A stretch of DNA of 64,000 nt from an uncultured archaeon (GTDB taxonomy: Archaea; Asgardarchaeota; Thorarchaeia; Thorarchaeales; Thorarchaeaceae): NCBI GenBank assembly GCA_964631415.1, contig CAZVZC010000001.1:80260-144259 (forward strand), given 5' to 3'. Below, piece by piece: positions 9,037 to 18,579 of this stretch. How positions within the stretch are numbered: position 1 is the first letter of the stretch; each line of letters opens with the position of its first letter. The position numbers and the translations under genes are program-made. A model generated the notes under the pieces. It was given only the letters and a program-made list of their open reading frames with translations. It had not been told where the DNA came from and did not search any database.

Positions 9037-10038
9037 TTGACGGTGAAAGGTCTGCTGCTAGCTCTGGTAATCATATCACTAGCAGTTCCGATTGCTCTGC
9101 CCTTTCAGGTTCAGGCCGCCGATACTGATACTGTTGTGCTCAATCCTGTAGAAATCCGAGCCATCATGCATGAGAATACGACCAGTACACTGATAGTCGA
9201 TGCACAGGTGAACAACGTAGGTTTGTCATCCATGTCCTCACTCAGTTTCGGTGTTGATTCACTTCAGGTGAATGTCATTACCGCTCAGATTGGCAATGAA
9301 ACAACCGGTGGAGCGACAATCCTGAGAGATGGTTACACCGAAGTCACAGTCACCCTTCCAGACGTTCTGGAAGCAAATTCATCTGTCTGGCTCCATCTAG
9401 CACTCTTAGCCAGCGATCTTCAATCACCCCTCACTGTCGCGCAGGATGCCAGTCTTCTTCGTGGTGACTTCATCTTCTATGTCAGGCCTCTCTCCGTCTT
9501 CGCCAACTTCACGTTCACTGCGGTTCTTCCACCCTTTGCATCTCTATCCCTCGATTCTGTAGTACCCCTCTTTCCTGACTCTGAATCCAACTTCACTGAT
9601 GGCCATTCACTCATATTTGTCTGGGAAGTCCCGCTGCTCCTCCCCGGCCAAGAGCGAGTATTCATAGTCAAGTATCAACTTCCCAACACCTCTACGGTTC
9701 AAACACAGTCTTCACTTCTTGGAAGTCTCCTGTATGGAACACTGGGTGTCATAGCTGGGCTTGCCCTAGCATTCGGTGGGCCGAAGGTGATTGAACGATT
9801 GAGGCACCTCGGAGCCGTAAGATATGTTGGAGTCACAGCTGAAGAAGAGGAGGTCCTCGCGACCATCCGGGAGAAAGGCGGCTCATGTACTCAGAAAGAG
9901 CTCTACAGCCAGTTTGACATGTCGCAGTCGAAGATGAGCCTGATCCTTACTAACCTTGAACAGCGGGGTTTGATTCGAAGACTAAAGGAAGGACGGGAGA
10001 ATGTGGTCCACCTGATGGAGCCCAAGCAACCTGACTAA
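9037..10038 (+). CDS. Membrane-tethered winged-helix (MarR/TrmB-like) protein with a large extracytoplasmic N-terminal domain
   Basis: Signal peptide 'LLLALVIISLAVPIALPFQVQAAD', an extracellular region of about 200 aa, TM 'LLGSLLYGTLGVIAGLALAFGG', then wHTH 'EEEVLATIREKGGSCTQKELYSQFDMSQSKMSLILTNLEQRGLIRRLKEGRENVV'. Start is TTG 9037 or GTG 9043. Confidence 0.6.
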   Translation: MTVKGLLLALVIISLAVPIALPFQVQAADTDTVVLNPVEIRAIMHENTTSTLIVDAQVNNVGLSSMSSLSFGVDSLQVNVITAQIGNETTGGATILRDGYTEVTVTLPDVLEANSSVWLHLALLASDLQSPLTVAQDASLLRGDFIFYVRPLSVFANFTFTAVLPPFASLSLDSVVPLFPDSESNFTDGHSLIFVWEVPLLLPGQERVFIVKYQLPNTSTVQTQSSLLGSLLYGTLGVIAGLALAFGGPKVIERLRHLGAVRYVGVTAEEEEVLATIREKGGSCTQKELYSQFDMSQSKMSLILTNLEQRGLIRRLKEGRENVVHLMEPKQPD

Positions 10039-10048
10039 GAGTCTGACT

Positions 10049-10750
10049 TCACTCCTCGCCTTCTGGACCAAGCCTCTTTCCCGGGGGCAAATCATCCATC
10101 AATAGTCTTTCAGACTCTGCCTTTCTTACAGCCGCTGTGGCCTTCTCACCGCCGATATTCTCCAGTGCGCCGGCTGCAGTCTGCCTGACGAACATTGATT
10201 CATCATGCAAGACACTTATCAGTGGCTCAACAGCAGCGGTGTTCCTCCTTTCACCGAGCTGGGCAGCAGCGAGAATGCGCACCATGTATCTAGGATCTCT
10301 CAGGCAGCTGATGAGTTGTGCTGTTGCACGTGGGTCGTCCATACCCCCAAGACGTTCAATGGCACCAAGCGAAACCTGTTCGTCATCGCTCCGCACCTCA
10401 GCCGCAAGGTCGTCGATGATGGAACTCTGATCTGCCAGACTTCGAGGGACTCTTTCAGATATTACTACTCTGTGTGCAATCTCCTCTGGGGCCTTCTGCT
10501 TCTTGGCACGAGTCGGAGCAGTTCGGGGAGTCTTGGTCTTCTCTGCTTTCACCACTTTTCTAGCGGGACCTTTCTTCTTGCTTGCCGCAGGAGCCCTGCT
10601 TTTTGTTTCTCCTCTCTTCTCACCCTTATTGACGCTTGATGCCTTTGGCAACTCTCTATCTCCGGGCCTTGATGAGGACGCAATGCCGGTCCGCAGCTGC
10701 TCTAATAAAGAGTCTGAGTCCACTTCGTCACAGCAAAAACGCCTTAACAC
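10049..10750 (-). CDS. HEAT-repeat (PBS-lyase type) protein with a lysine-rich disordered N-terminal tail
   Basis: Repeats 'DPRATAQLISCLRDPRYMVRILAAAQLGE / AAVEPLISVLHDESMFVRQTAAGALENIG'. The N-terminal part is 'KKKGPARKVVKAEKTKTPRTAPTRAKKQKAPEE'. Confidence 0.6.
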   Translation of the reverse strand: MLRRFCCDEVDSDSLLEQLRTGIASSSRPGDRELPKASSVNKGEKRGETKSRAPAASKKKGPARKVVKAEKTKTPRTAPTRAKKQKAPEEIAHRVVISERVPRSLADQSSIIDDLAAEVRSDDEQVSLGAIERLGGMDDPRATAQLISCLRDPRYMVRILAAAQLGERRNTAAVEPLISVLHDESMFVRQTAAGALENIGGEKATAAVRKAESERLLMDDLPPGKRLGPEGEE

Positions 10751-10781
10751 ACTTCAGGATTTCGCTTCTCTGGTGACCTCC

Positions 10782-11201
10782 TTGCATGAGTTCTCTGCTG
10801 CCTGCTCCATCGTGGAAACTGTCCTAGAGGCAGCAAAGAGTTATGGCGTGACAAGGGTCAAGGCTGTGAACATTGAGGTCGGAGAGTTCACTTTCCTTCT
10901 GCCTGAACAGCTGCGTTTCAATTTTGAGATTGCAAGTCAGAAGACAATCGTTGAGGGTGCGGAGCTGAACATCAGGATGGTGAAAGGAAGGTTGATCTGT
11001 CGTGACTGCGGGCACGAGGGCGAGGCACAGAGTCCTGATGAGGCTCTGGGTCCTGCCGCCATGTTTGCGCCAATGAAGTGTACCAAGTGCGGCAGTAGCG
11101 CTACGACAATCACTGGTGGCAAGGATTTTCTGATAGCAGATATCGAGGCAGAAGTTGCAGCCCCTGCCAAGAAACAGGGACCTAGATCAAAACCGCATTG
11201 A
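10782..11201 (+). CDS. hypA: Hydrogenase nickel-insertion protein HypA
   Basis: '(M)HEFSAACSIVETVLE' N-terminus and Zn site 'CRDCGH...CTKCGS'. The start is placed at TTG 10782. The tracked ORF from 10503 runs antisense through the HEAT gene. Confidence 0.8.
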   Translation: MHEFSAACSIVETVLEAAKSYGVTRVKAVNIEVGEFTFLLPEQLRFNFEIASQKTIVEGAELNIRMVKGRLICRDCGHEGEAQSPDEALGPAAMFAPMKCTKCGSSATTITGGKDFLIADIEAEVAAPAKKQGPRSKPH

Positions 11202-11562
11202 GGATGCCGTCCTGACCCGGACGACTGGTGACCTTCGCCCGACCCTTGGCTGTCTTGATGATTGTGCCCCGAGTTATCACCTTGCGACGCTGGTAGTCTG
11301 TATTTGATGGGTTCTTCTCAACATCTTGAATCTCAACCCGGATTGTCTGGTTCTTCTTCGGGTCGGTGATGTTTGCCTCTTTCACACGCAATACTGGTCT
11401 CTTCTTGTTGTGGACGCCTTTGCTGTCGATTGTGCGTCTCTTCGGTTCACCGAGCAGTGTTTCTGTGGGGGAACGACCCATCTCCCACTTCCTCTTGCTC
11501 CTGAATTGCTTGACCTTTGCGCCAGTCGGCCTTCGACCAGACTTGCGATGCCATACGCCCAT
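11182..11562 (-). CDS. rps8e: 30S ribosomal protein S8e
   Basis: 'MGVWHRKSGRRPTGAKVKQFRSKRKWEMGR...' is a typical S8e N-terminus. 126 aa. Confidence 0.9.
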   Translation of the reverse strand: MGVWHRKSGRRPTGAKVKQFRSKRKWEMGRSPTETLLGEPKRRTIDSKGVHNKKRPVLRVKEANITDPKKNQTIRVEIQDVEKNPSNTDYQRRKVITRGTIIKTAKGRAKVTSRPGQDGILNAVLI

Positions 11563-11709
11563 ACTGACTACCTCTTGGCTTAGTCACTGACGCTCACTGT
11601 GAAGCAGTTTTAAGTCTTGCTCAGTGGCGGCGTTCAGGTCGTACGGAACATCTCCTTCAAATACGATGAACAGACAGATGACCATTGCAGTCTGGATGGA
11701 GGCCGTCAC

Positions 11710-12723
11710 ATGGCAAAGATAGAATCCGCCCACGGTGCTGGTGGGAGAATGATGCAGAGTCTGCTGCAAGAAGTGATCATCCCCTCCTTTGGGCTTAGGA
11801 AGATTGGGACCATAGGTCTAGACGAGATGGATGATGGAGCGACACTACAAGCGAATGGTGCAGGCCTCATAGTGACCGCAGATGCGCACACCGTCCAACC
11901 GCTCTTCTTTCCAGGTGGCAACATCGGAACTCTTGCTGCTTGTGGCACAGTCAATGACCTAGCTGTCATGGGCGCTAGACCTGTCGCAATGACAAACACG
12001 ATAGTGGTAGAGGAGGGCTTCGAGATTGAAACACTTCATGAGATCCTGAAGTCATTGAACGCCATCATAGAACCGCTTGAGGTCGCGATGATTGCAGGAG
12101 ACACGAAGGTCATGCCGAGAGGGACTCTTGATGGCCTCGTGATGTCAACATCTGGCATCGGCACACTGTATCTGGACTCTCCTGTTCCAGACAGTGGCGT
12201 CAAGGCCAGCGATGACATAATTGTCACTGGGCCGATAGGGGATCATGGGACGGCATTGCTGGCTCACAGAGAGGGACTCAAGTTTGAAACTGATTTAACA
12301 AGTGACGTGGCTCCTCTCTGGGAGCCGATACGTGGCTGTCTCGACGTTGGGGGTGTACACGCAATGAAAGACCCGACTCGTGGTGGGACTGCAGTCGCCC
12401 TGAATGAGTTCGCATCGAAGTCGAGGGTCGAGATTGAGCTAGATGAGGCCCGCGTGCCTGTTCGTCCTGCCGTGCAGTCCCTGTGCGACATTCTGGGTCT
12501 GGAACCCCTCCACATAAGCTGCGAAGGTCGGGCAGTCATGGCAGTAGACCCCTCCATGACCAACGACATTCTACGAGCCCTATCAGAGCACAAGACAACC
12601 CGAGATGCATGTGTCATTGGCAAGGCGCACAAGGGCGTGGGACGGGTGCTACTGAAGACGGCGATAGGGGGCAGGAAAGTCCTGCAGGTGCCCTATGGAG
12701 AACCGGTGCCTAGGGTCTGCTAG
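11710..12723 (+). CDS. hypE: Hydrogenase maturation protein HypE
   Basis: 'SAHGAGGRMM' N-terminus, PurM-like fold motifs and the invariant C-terminal Cys in '...PVPRVC*'. Start is placed at ATG 11710. Confidence 0.85.
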   Translation: MAKIESAHGAGGRMMQSLLQEVIIPSFGLRKIGTIGLDEMDDGATLQANGAGLIVTADAHTVQPLFFPGGNIGTLAACGTVNDLAVMGARPVAMTNTIVVEEGFEIETLHEILKSLNAIIEPLEVAMIAGDTKVMPRGTLDGLVMSTSGIGTLYLDSPVPDSGVKASDDIIVTGPIGDHGTALLAHREGLKFETDLTSDVAPLWEPIRGCLDVGGVHAMKDPTRGGTAVALNEFASKSRVEIELDEARVPVRPAVQSLCDILGLEPLHISCEGRAVMAVDPSMTNDILRALSEHKTTRDACVIGKAHKGVGRVLLKTAIGGRKVLQVPYGEPVPRVC

Positions 12724-12838
12724 GTCGTGTCCGAATCAGCTTCGGGTGGTACACTCGCCGAGTACTCTGAGGATTGGCAACGGTGAACCAACACAAAGCG
12801 AGAGTCCGCCAGTTCCATCTAGAGCATCTCATCCGGTC

Positions 12839-13396
12839 CTAGAGTGCCTCGGGGGTTTCCTCTCCTTCTTGGTCCCCAGAAAGAATACGCTTCAGTTGGA
12901 ATTTCAGCTGTGCCTTGAGTCTGACCTTGTCTGAATCAAGGCCAAAGTAGTCAGAGAAGAGCTGAGTTGTCGTGAGCATCTTGCTCCGGCCCTCTGCCAC
13001 AGCATCTACGAACTTCTTCTCCTCGAGTTCCTTCACATGATCATAGACATGAGTGCCCCTCTGGGCAACAAGGTCCGACTGTAAGATAGGCTGTTTGAGG
13101 GCAATGTACACCAAGGTCTGAAGAGTGCCAAATGAGAGGAGTCCACCAGGTATCAGTCTTCCTACCCGAGTGGTCAGTTCGGGTTTGAGCTGCAACACAT
13201 ACCTGTCCCTCGGCAAGTCCACAACCTCCAATGCCCCACCGCGCTGGTGATACTCGAAGTTCAGGTCATCCAGAAGCTTCTTTGCGGTAGACTCTGCCTT
13301 TCCAATAATGTCTGCCAGCTCCTGCAGTGTCATTGGTCTGCCCGCTACATAGAGCGCCGCCTCGAGTGTCACTAGGTCGTCATTCAAGCATATCAC
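12839..13396 (-). CDS. scpB: Segregation and condensation protein B (ScpB)
   Basis: 'LEAALYVAGRPMTLQELADII' wHTH repeats. ATGA-type overlap with scpA. Confidence 0.8.
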   Translation of the reverse strand: MICLNDDLVTLEAALYVAGRPMTLQELADIIGKAESTAKKLLDDLNFEYHQRGGALEVVDLPRDRYVLQLKPELTTRVGRLIPGGLLSFGTLQTLVYIALKQPILQSDLVAQRGTHVYDHVKELEEKKFVDAVAEGRSKMLTTTQLFSDYFGLDSDKVRLKAQLKFQLKRILSGDQEGEETPEAL

Positions 13397-14112
13397 CTAG
13401 CCCTCACATGCGGCTTGACCCCTTCTGAGGGCTTCTCCGTTTCTTCGGGCGGAGGCACTAGCTTGACCCATATCACGCTCTTCTTGTCCATCCAGAGGTC
13501 AATGAATGCTCTAGCATAGAGATGCAGCAATGAGAAGAAGATGCGAACTATCTCTCTTCGCGTGTTATTGACCAGTAGGTCAGTGAACCTGACGACTTCG
13601 CCCACTTTGACAATCTTCCAGATGTCCGCATACACCTCAGCGATGGTTTCCTCGATGTTCACCCGGGACGTATCCATGCTGAAAGATAGGGGTTCTGCCT
13701 CTGACCTTCTGTATCGCGACTGAGGAATTGGCCGCTCTCTTATGCCCTTGCTCAGGACTCGGTCCATTGCCATGAGTAGTTCCTGCAGGGTCACTCTTCT
13801 GTTTGTAAGTCTGAAAGGCGGTAGTATCTGGGGGATTGCAAGTTCCTCTTCCTCCTCGTCTACTTCGGGAGGAATCAGGCCGAGTTCCACGAGGTCTCTG
13901 GTCTTCTTCATGAAGATGACTGATGCAGAGTAGAGAGCATTTCCTGAAACTCGGAAGTCAATGTCCCCCATTCTTCTCATTTCTTGCAGAAAGCTTGCAA
14001 CGAGCTTCCCGACATCCACGTTCCAAGGTTCGATGTTGTCCAGCTGAAGGACATCGGTCAGGAGGATGTAGGGTGGCGAGGCCCAGAAAGGCGTATCATC
14101 ACTCGTGCTCAC
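13393..14112 (-). CDS. scpA: Segregation and condensation protein A (kleisin ScpA)
   Basis: 'PWNVDVGKLVASFLQEMRRM...FRVSGNALYSASVIFMKKTRDL'. Sits in an operon with smc and scpB. Confidence 0.8.
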   Translation of the reverse strand: MSTSDDTPFWASPPYILLTDVLQLDNIEPWNVDVGKLVASFLQEMRRMGDIDFRVSGNALYSASVIFMKKTRDLVELGLIPPEVDEEEEELAIPQILPPFRLTNRRVTLQELLMAMDRVLSKGIRERPIPQSRYRRSEAEPLSFSMDTSRVNIEETIAEVYADIWKIVKVGEVVRFTDLLVNNTRREIVRIFFSLLHLYARAFIDLWMDKKSVIWVKLVPPPEETEKPSEGVKPHVRAR

Positions 14113-17100
14113 GCTGACTCAGCCACCTCCTGAAGGTCCACTGAAACTATTCTGGATATGCCATCTTGGTTTGACACACCAATGAGCATGTCAGCTTTTC
14201 GTACTGTGGTATCCCTGAGCGACACAACTATGAACTGAGAGTTCTTGGACATCTCTGATATCAACAATGCAACGTTGTGCGCATTGACGTCGTCCAAGGC
14301 TGCATCTATCTCATCAAAGACATAGAAGCTTGCGGGGTTGTGCATCTGGATGGCGAAGATCAGTGCCAAGCCGGTGAGTGTCTTTTCCCCGCCGCTCATC
14401 GCATCAAGAGAAACCAGCTCTTTGCCTGCAGGCTTGGACCTGACAGTGATGCCTCCCATCAATGGATGTTCGGCGTTCTCTAGCATCAGGTTGGCCTCGC
14501 CGCCAGGTGATAGCTTGGTAAAAACCTTCGAGAAGTTGTCCGCTATGCTGTTGTATACCTGAAGGAACTTCTGAGTCTTCTCCTTCTCTAGCTCCTCCAT
14601 GAAGGACAGTATCTCTTTGTGTTCCTTCTCAAGCTGTGTCTTCTTCTCGACAATTTCGTCGTATCTTCCCTTTTCAGTGTCATAGTCTGTGAGCGACTTC
14701 AAGTTGACTGGACCCATTGCCTCGAGTTCTCTCTCAATCTCTTTGATATTCTCTTCGAGGTCCTCAATTGCTTTGGCAGTCAGCTCACGTTGTCCTGCTC
14801 TCTTCTCAAGCTCTGTTTCCACGTCGGTCACTGCACCAAGCTGAGCAGTTAGTCCGACCAGATCGGTTTCCAGACGTGAGCGTTCTACTTGGAGCCTGTA
14901 GACCGCTTTCTCATTTCCGGTCTGCGACTCCTTGATCTCTTCCTGCTTCAGCCTAAGGTTTCTGATGGTTTCCTTCAGTTTCAGCTGCCGTACTCGCTTA
15001 TCCTTGACTGCCGTGTCAATCTGTTCCCTCTCCGACTTCAGTTTGAGAAAATCGCTTTCTTTTGCCCTGAGGTCGGCCTCAATAGATGTAGCATCCTCTT
15101 CCAGACTCGGCAATACTGCCTCCAGTGACGCGATTCGGTGTTCCAGTTCTACTGACTTGGGCAAGTATCTCTCTTGAATCGAAACTCTCAGTGCGGAGGT
15201 CTCGGTCCGAATCCTCTCGTGGTTTCGCTTGTGCTGTTCCAGGACCTCCTTCAGATCTCTCAGGTCCTGATTCAGCTTGGCCGTACCTGACTTTGCCAGT
15301 ATTTCGTTGCACTGGTCTCTCTGTTCTCTGACTCTCTCTCTCTGAGCAGTGAGCTCCTCATCTCGAGTCCTGAGCTCAGATATCTGTCGCTCCAGTTCCT
15401 CAATCGTGACTCTTGCCTTGTCTATCTTCTCTTTCAGTTTCTGTGCTTTTTGCTCCCTGTCCCTGAGTTTCTCCTCCAAGCCCTTCAGTTCCAGCCCGTC
15501 CCTGTAATTCCGCTTAGAAATTTCTTCAATCTCACGGTCAAGTGCCTTTTTCCTGCCCAAGAACTCCTCCTGCTGTTCTTGCAGCTCAGACAGGATGTCC
15601 TCAAGGCCCTTGAGGCGTGAAATCACGTCTGGGCTCGTGTCCTCCTCTTGAAGTGAGAGACCCGTTGAATCTCTATGGAAGTGTCCTCCAGTGATCAGCC
15701 CCGAGCGTTCTACCAAGTCACCCTCCAACGAAACCGCTCTACAGTTGTCGAAACCCATGGCCTTTGCGGTATCGAAGTCCTTAGTCACAAGTGTGTCCGA
15801 GAATACGAATTCAAAGGCAGGACGCATCTTTGGGTCAAAGGTCACAAGGTCCAGTGCATAGCCTATCACACCCTCTTTCTGTGGCTTCCGACTCGGTCTT
15901 CGTGTCTTTATCCTGTTGAGTGGGATGAACGAGGCCCGTCCTACTCGCTCTTTCTTAAGCACATCAATACATCGAGTGGCCACATCCTCATTCTTTACGA
16001 CTATGTGGGACAGCCTGTTACCCGCCGCCACTTGCATGGCTGTAGCATAGTCGGGGTCTATTACTCCCAGTTCTGCTACTGTACCGTAGACCCCGTCAAT
16101 CTCTCCCTTGTCACGTAGTTCAAGCACTCTGGCCAAGGCTCTCCGGCGTTTCAAGAACGCCTCTTCGGCCTCTCTCAATGCATCCTGACGAGCCTGCAGC
16201 TTAATGAGTTCTTCCTTTGTCGAGGTAACGAGCTTGCTGCTCTCACTCACCTGCGCGTCCACTGTGGTAAGTTGCCTCTCAGTGTCCTCAAGTTCCTGCC
16301 GCCTTGCCACTTCGGACTCCTGTAGTCTTTGAAGGGCTGTAGTCTTTGCCGGAACGATGGAGCCGAGTTCTGACAGTTCCTCGTCTGTCTTCTTCAGGGA
16401 ATCCTCAGCATCGCGTAACTCCTCATATGTGAGCCCCAGTTCCTTACTATCTGATTTGATGGTAGACCTGATTTCAGTCACACCCTCATCGAGGTGCGCC
16501 ATCTGTGTGTTGAGGTCCTGAAGCCTTAGAGTGGCTTCATAGTATGCAGACTGCTCTCTTTCAAGAAGACCATCGAGTCGTGCGATGTCAGTTGAACATC
16601 CTAGGATCTCCTTGTCAAGACTCTCAAGACCGAGCTCCTTCTCCTTGATTGCATACTCCGCAGCGGTCATCTGGTCTTTCGTGGAACCTAGTTGCTTCTC
16701 AAGTGTGTCCCGTTCTTGTCTGGTTCTGTCATAATCACTCTTCGCACGATCCAGTTTGCTCCGGAAGTGTTCAACTTCTGCAGTCATGGTACCATACTGC
16801 TCAGAAACCCTTGAGGCGTTTCCACCGGTTATCAGGTCAATCTCCTGTTCTATCTCTTCAATCTCAGACTCGGTCTTGGCCATGTCTGCTTCGACCTTGG
16901 TCAGCTGCTTGGCAAACCTCTCAGCGTCTGCGGCTCGATCCGCAAGTGTTTCGTCTATCGTACTCGTCCGGTTCTTGGACTTGATGACTGTCCAAGTCAC
17001 GCTCTCGATCTTGGTCTGCTGTATCTGATCACGTAGACCCGTGTAGCGGAGGGCGTCCTTCCTTTCTGCTTCCAGCCGCTCCAGCTGGTGACGACGTTCT

Positions 17101-17699
17101 TGGAGCTGCGTTTCGACCTTGCCTAGGTTGGTTTCACTCTCTGCGAGCTTCTTGAGCGCCTTCTCTTTCTGCTCGTCATAGGCTGATATGCCTGCAATCT
17201 CCTCAATGAGCTTCCGTCGTTCGATCGGGCTGACTTTGACCATCTGGGCAATCTCGCCTTGGAGTACAAGATTGTAGCCATTTGGGTCAACGCCTATGCC
17301 GCCGAGGATATCTATCACGGCCGCACGGGTGACCATCTTGCCGTTTATCCTGCAGACTGACTTACCAGACTCGTCCAGCTCTCTCTCAACAACGACTCTG
17401 TCGGCATCGATTTGCAGTTTTCTGTCCCTGTTGTTGAAGCAAAGCTCTACAACGGCCGACTTGGCCTTTGGAGGCATGTCTGGCTTGGGAGGACTATAGA
17501 GCAGCTCCGAGAAGACATTCGCACGCAATGTCTTGGCACTCAGCTGCCCAAGCACAAAGAGAATCGCATCAATGACATTAGACTTGCCTGACCCGTTCGG
17601 CCCGACGATACAGGTGAAGCCAGGACTGAGGTTAATCGTGACGGTGTCCCGGCCAAATGACTTGAAGCCTTTGCATACTAGCTTCTCGATGTGGACCAA
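14109..17699 (-). CDS. smc: Chromosome segregation ATPase SMC
   Basis: 1196 aa with Walker A 'GPNGSGKSN', long coiled coils, a hinge, signature 'LSGGEKTL' and Walker B 'FYVFDEIDAALD'. Confidence 0.95.
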   Translation of the reverse strand: MVHIEKLVCKGFKSFGRDTVTINLSPGFTCIVGPNGSGKSNVIDAILFVLGQLSAKTLRANVFSELLYSPPKPDMPPKAKSAVVELCFNNRDRKLQIDADRVVVERELDESGKSVCRINGKMVTRAAVIDILGGIGVDPNGYNLVLQGEIAQMVKVSPIERRKLIEEIAGISAYDEQKEKALKKLAESETNLGKVETQLQERRHQLERLEAERKDALRYTGLRDQIQQTKIESVTWTVIKSKNRTSTIDETLADRAADAERFAKQLTKVEADMAKTESEIEEIEQEIDLITGGNASRVSEQYGTMTAEVEHFRSKLDRAKSDYDRTRQERDTLEKQLGSTKDQMTAAEYAIKEKELGLESLDKEILGCSTDIARLDGLLEREQSAYYEATLRLQDLNTQMAHLDEGVTEIRSTIKSDSKELGLTYEELRDAEDSLKKTDEELSELGSIVPAKTTALQRLQESEVARRQELEDTERQLTTVDAQVSESSKLVTSTKEELIKLQARQDALREAEEAFLKRRRALARVLELRDKGEIDGVYGTVAELGVIDPDYATAMQVAAGNRLSHIVVKNEDVATRCIDVLKKERVGRASFIPLNRIKTRRPSRKPQKEGVIGYALDLVTFDPKMRPAFEFVFSDTLVTKDFDTAKAMGFDNCRAVSLEGDLVERSGLITGGHFHRDSTGLSLQEEDTSPDVISRLKGLEDILSELQEQQEEFLGRKKALDREIEEISKRNYRDGLELKGLEEKLRDREQKAQKLKEKIDKARVTIEELERQISELRTRDEELTAQRERVREQRDQCNEILAKSGTAKLNQDLRDLKEVLEQHKRNHERIRTETSALRVSIQERYLPKSVELEHRIASLEAVLPSLEEDATSIEADLRAKESDFLKLKSEREQIDTAVKDKRVRQLKLKETIRNLRLKQEEIKESQTGNEKAVYRLQVERSRLETDLVGLTAQLGAVTDVETELEKRAGQRELTAKAIEDLEENIKEIERELEAMGPVNLKSLTDYDTEKGRYDEIVEKKTQLEKEHKEILSFMEELEKEKTQKFLQVYNSIADNFSKVFTKLSPGGEANLMLENAEHPLMGGITVRSKPAGKELVSLDAMSGGEKTLTGLALIFAIQMHNPASFYVFDEIDAALDDVNAHNVALLISEMSKNSQFIVVSLRDTTVRKADMLIGVSNQDGISRIVSVDLQEVAESA

Positions 17700-17893
17700 G
17701 GCACCATCCCTTCCGGCTCCCTAGATGGCCAGTTCTCGACAGAGGCGTGTCTGACTATTATCTGGGGAATACAGGACCCTAAATACGGTTGGTATGACGG
17801 TGGTAATACCATGAGTAATACCCAGGTATTCCCATCTGGGCGAACGCGCTTGCATAAAGCTACAAAAAGATAGCTCTGAAACCTACCTTCGCA

Positions 17894-18301
17894 CTATGAC
17901 TTGACCATCAACATGAGCGCGCGCTTGAGCGCGATTCTGAGAAGGCCCATTGACTCTTTCGCGCCTTCTCCGGCGATTGCAGCAAGGACGAGTTGGACAT
18001 CACCCAAGACTATGACATATCCCTTGTCCGACGCTATACTAATCTCCTTTAGAATGCCCTTGTCAACCGCCGTGACTAGTTGCGACGAGTTCGCAGATAT
18101 CTTGGCGATTAATGCTGCAACGTCTGTGTGTTTGATTCCAGCCGTAACGGTGTGACCGAACAACACCTTGCCCTTATCATCACAAACCACAATGCCCTGT
18201 ATGTCAGCATTTGCCGCCATGGTCTGTGCCACGACTGACTCTATCTTGGCCTTGTCCACCATCGTGACAGTCCTCCGAAGATTTTCACCCGCTGTCATCA
18301 T
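17894..18301 (-). CDS. Roadblock/LC7 (MglB-like) domain protein, paralogue 1
   Basis: 'IQGIVVCDDKGKVLFGHT...DVAALIAKISANSSQL...GYVIVLGDVQLVLAAIAGEGA' fits the Roadblock pattern. Start is placed at ATG 18301/18298 because the ATATAAA TATA box lies about 22 nt upstream, suggesting a leaderless transcript. Confidence 0.75.
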   Translation of the reverse strand: MMTAGENLRRTVTMVDKAKIESVVAQTMAANADIQGIVVCDDKGKVLFGHTVTAGIKHTDVAALIAKISANSSQLVTAVDKGILKEISIASDKGYVIVLGDVQLVLAAIAGEGAKESMGLLRIALKRALMLMVKS

Positions 18302-18319
18302 GTAGAGGTCTCTGAGATG

Positions 18320-18326
18320 TTTATAT
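18320..18326 (-). promoter_or_regulatory. TATA-box candidate for Roadblock paralogue 1
   Basis: The minus strand reads ATATAAA centred about 22-25 nt upstream of the tandem ATGs at 18301/18298. Confidence 0.45.
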
Positions 18327-18579
18327 CTTCTGTGCTGACATCTCGCTATGACAGAGTTATCCTCACACTCCACTTATGACGATGCTACGACCGTTCAGTG
18401 TGAGTTGGATGAAGTCGGACACAGGAGTTTTTCCATCCAGAGCCGGCACTTCGGCTGTACATCCTACTTGCCTGTTAAGTCCGTGGTTCCTCAGTGTACA
18501 GAAGCGGAAACATCAGCAATTGACTTAAAGCACAATGGGCCGCATCTGATTAGTGATAGTCTTCTGAGGGATAGTATCG

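Noticed and set aside
10503-10781. N-terminal 93 codons of the tracked 232-aa ORF that contains hypA
   Set aside because: This part runs antisense through the HEAT-repeat gene and is low complexity. HypA homology begins at '(M)HEF' at TTG 10782.
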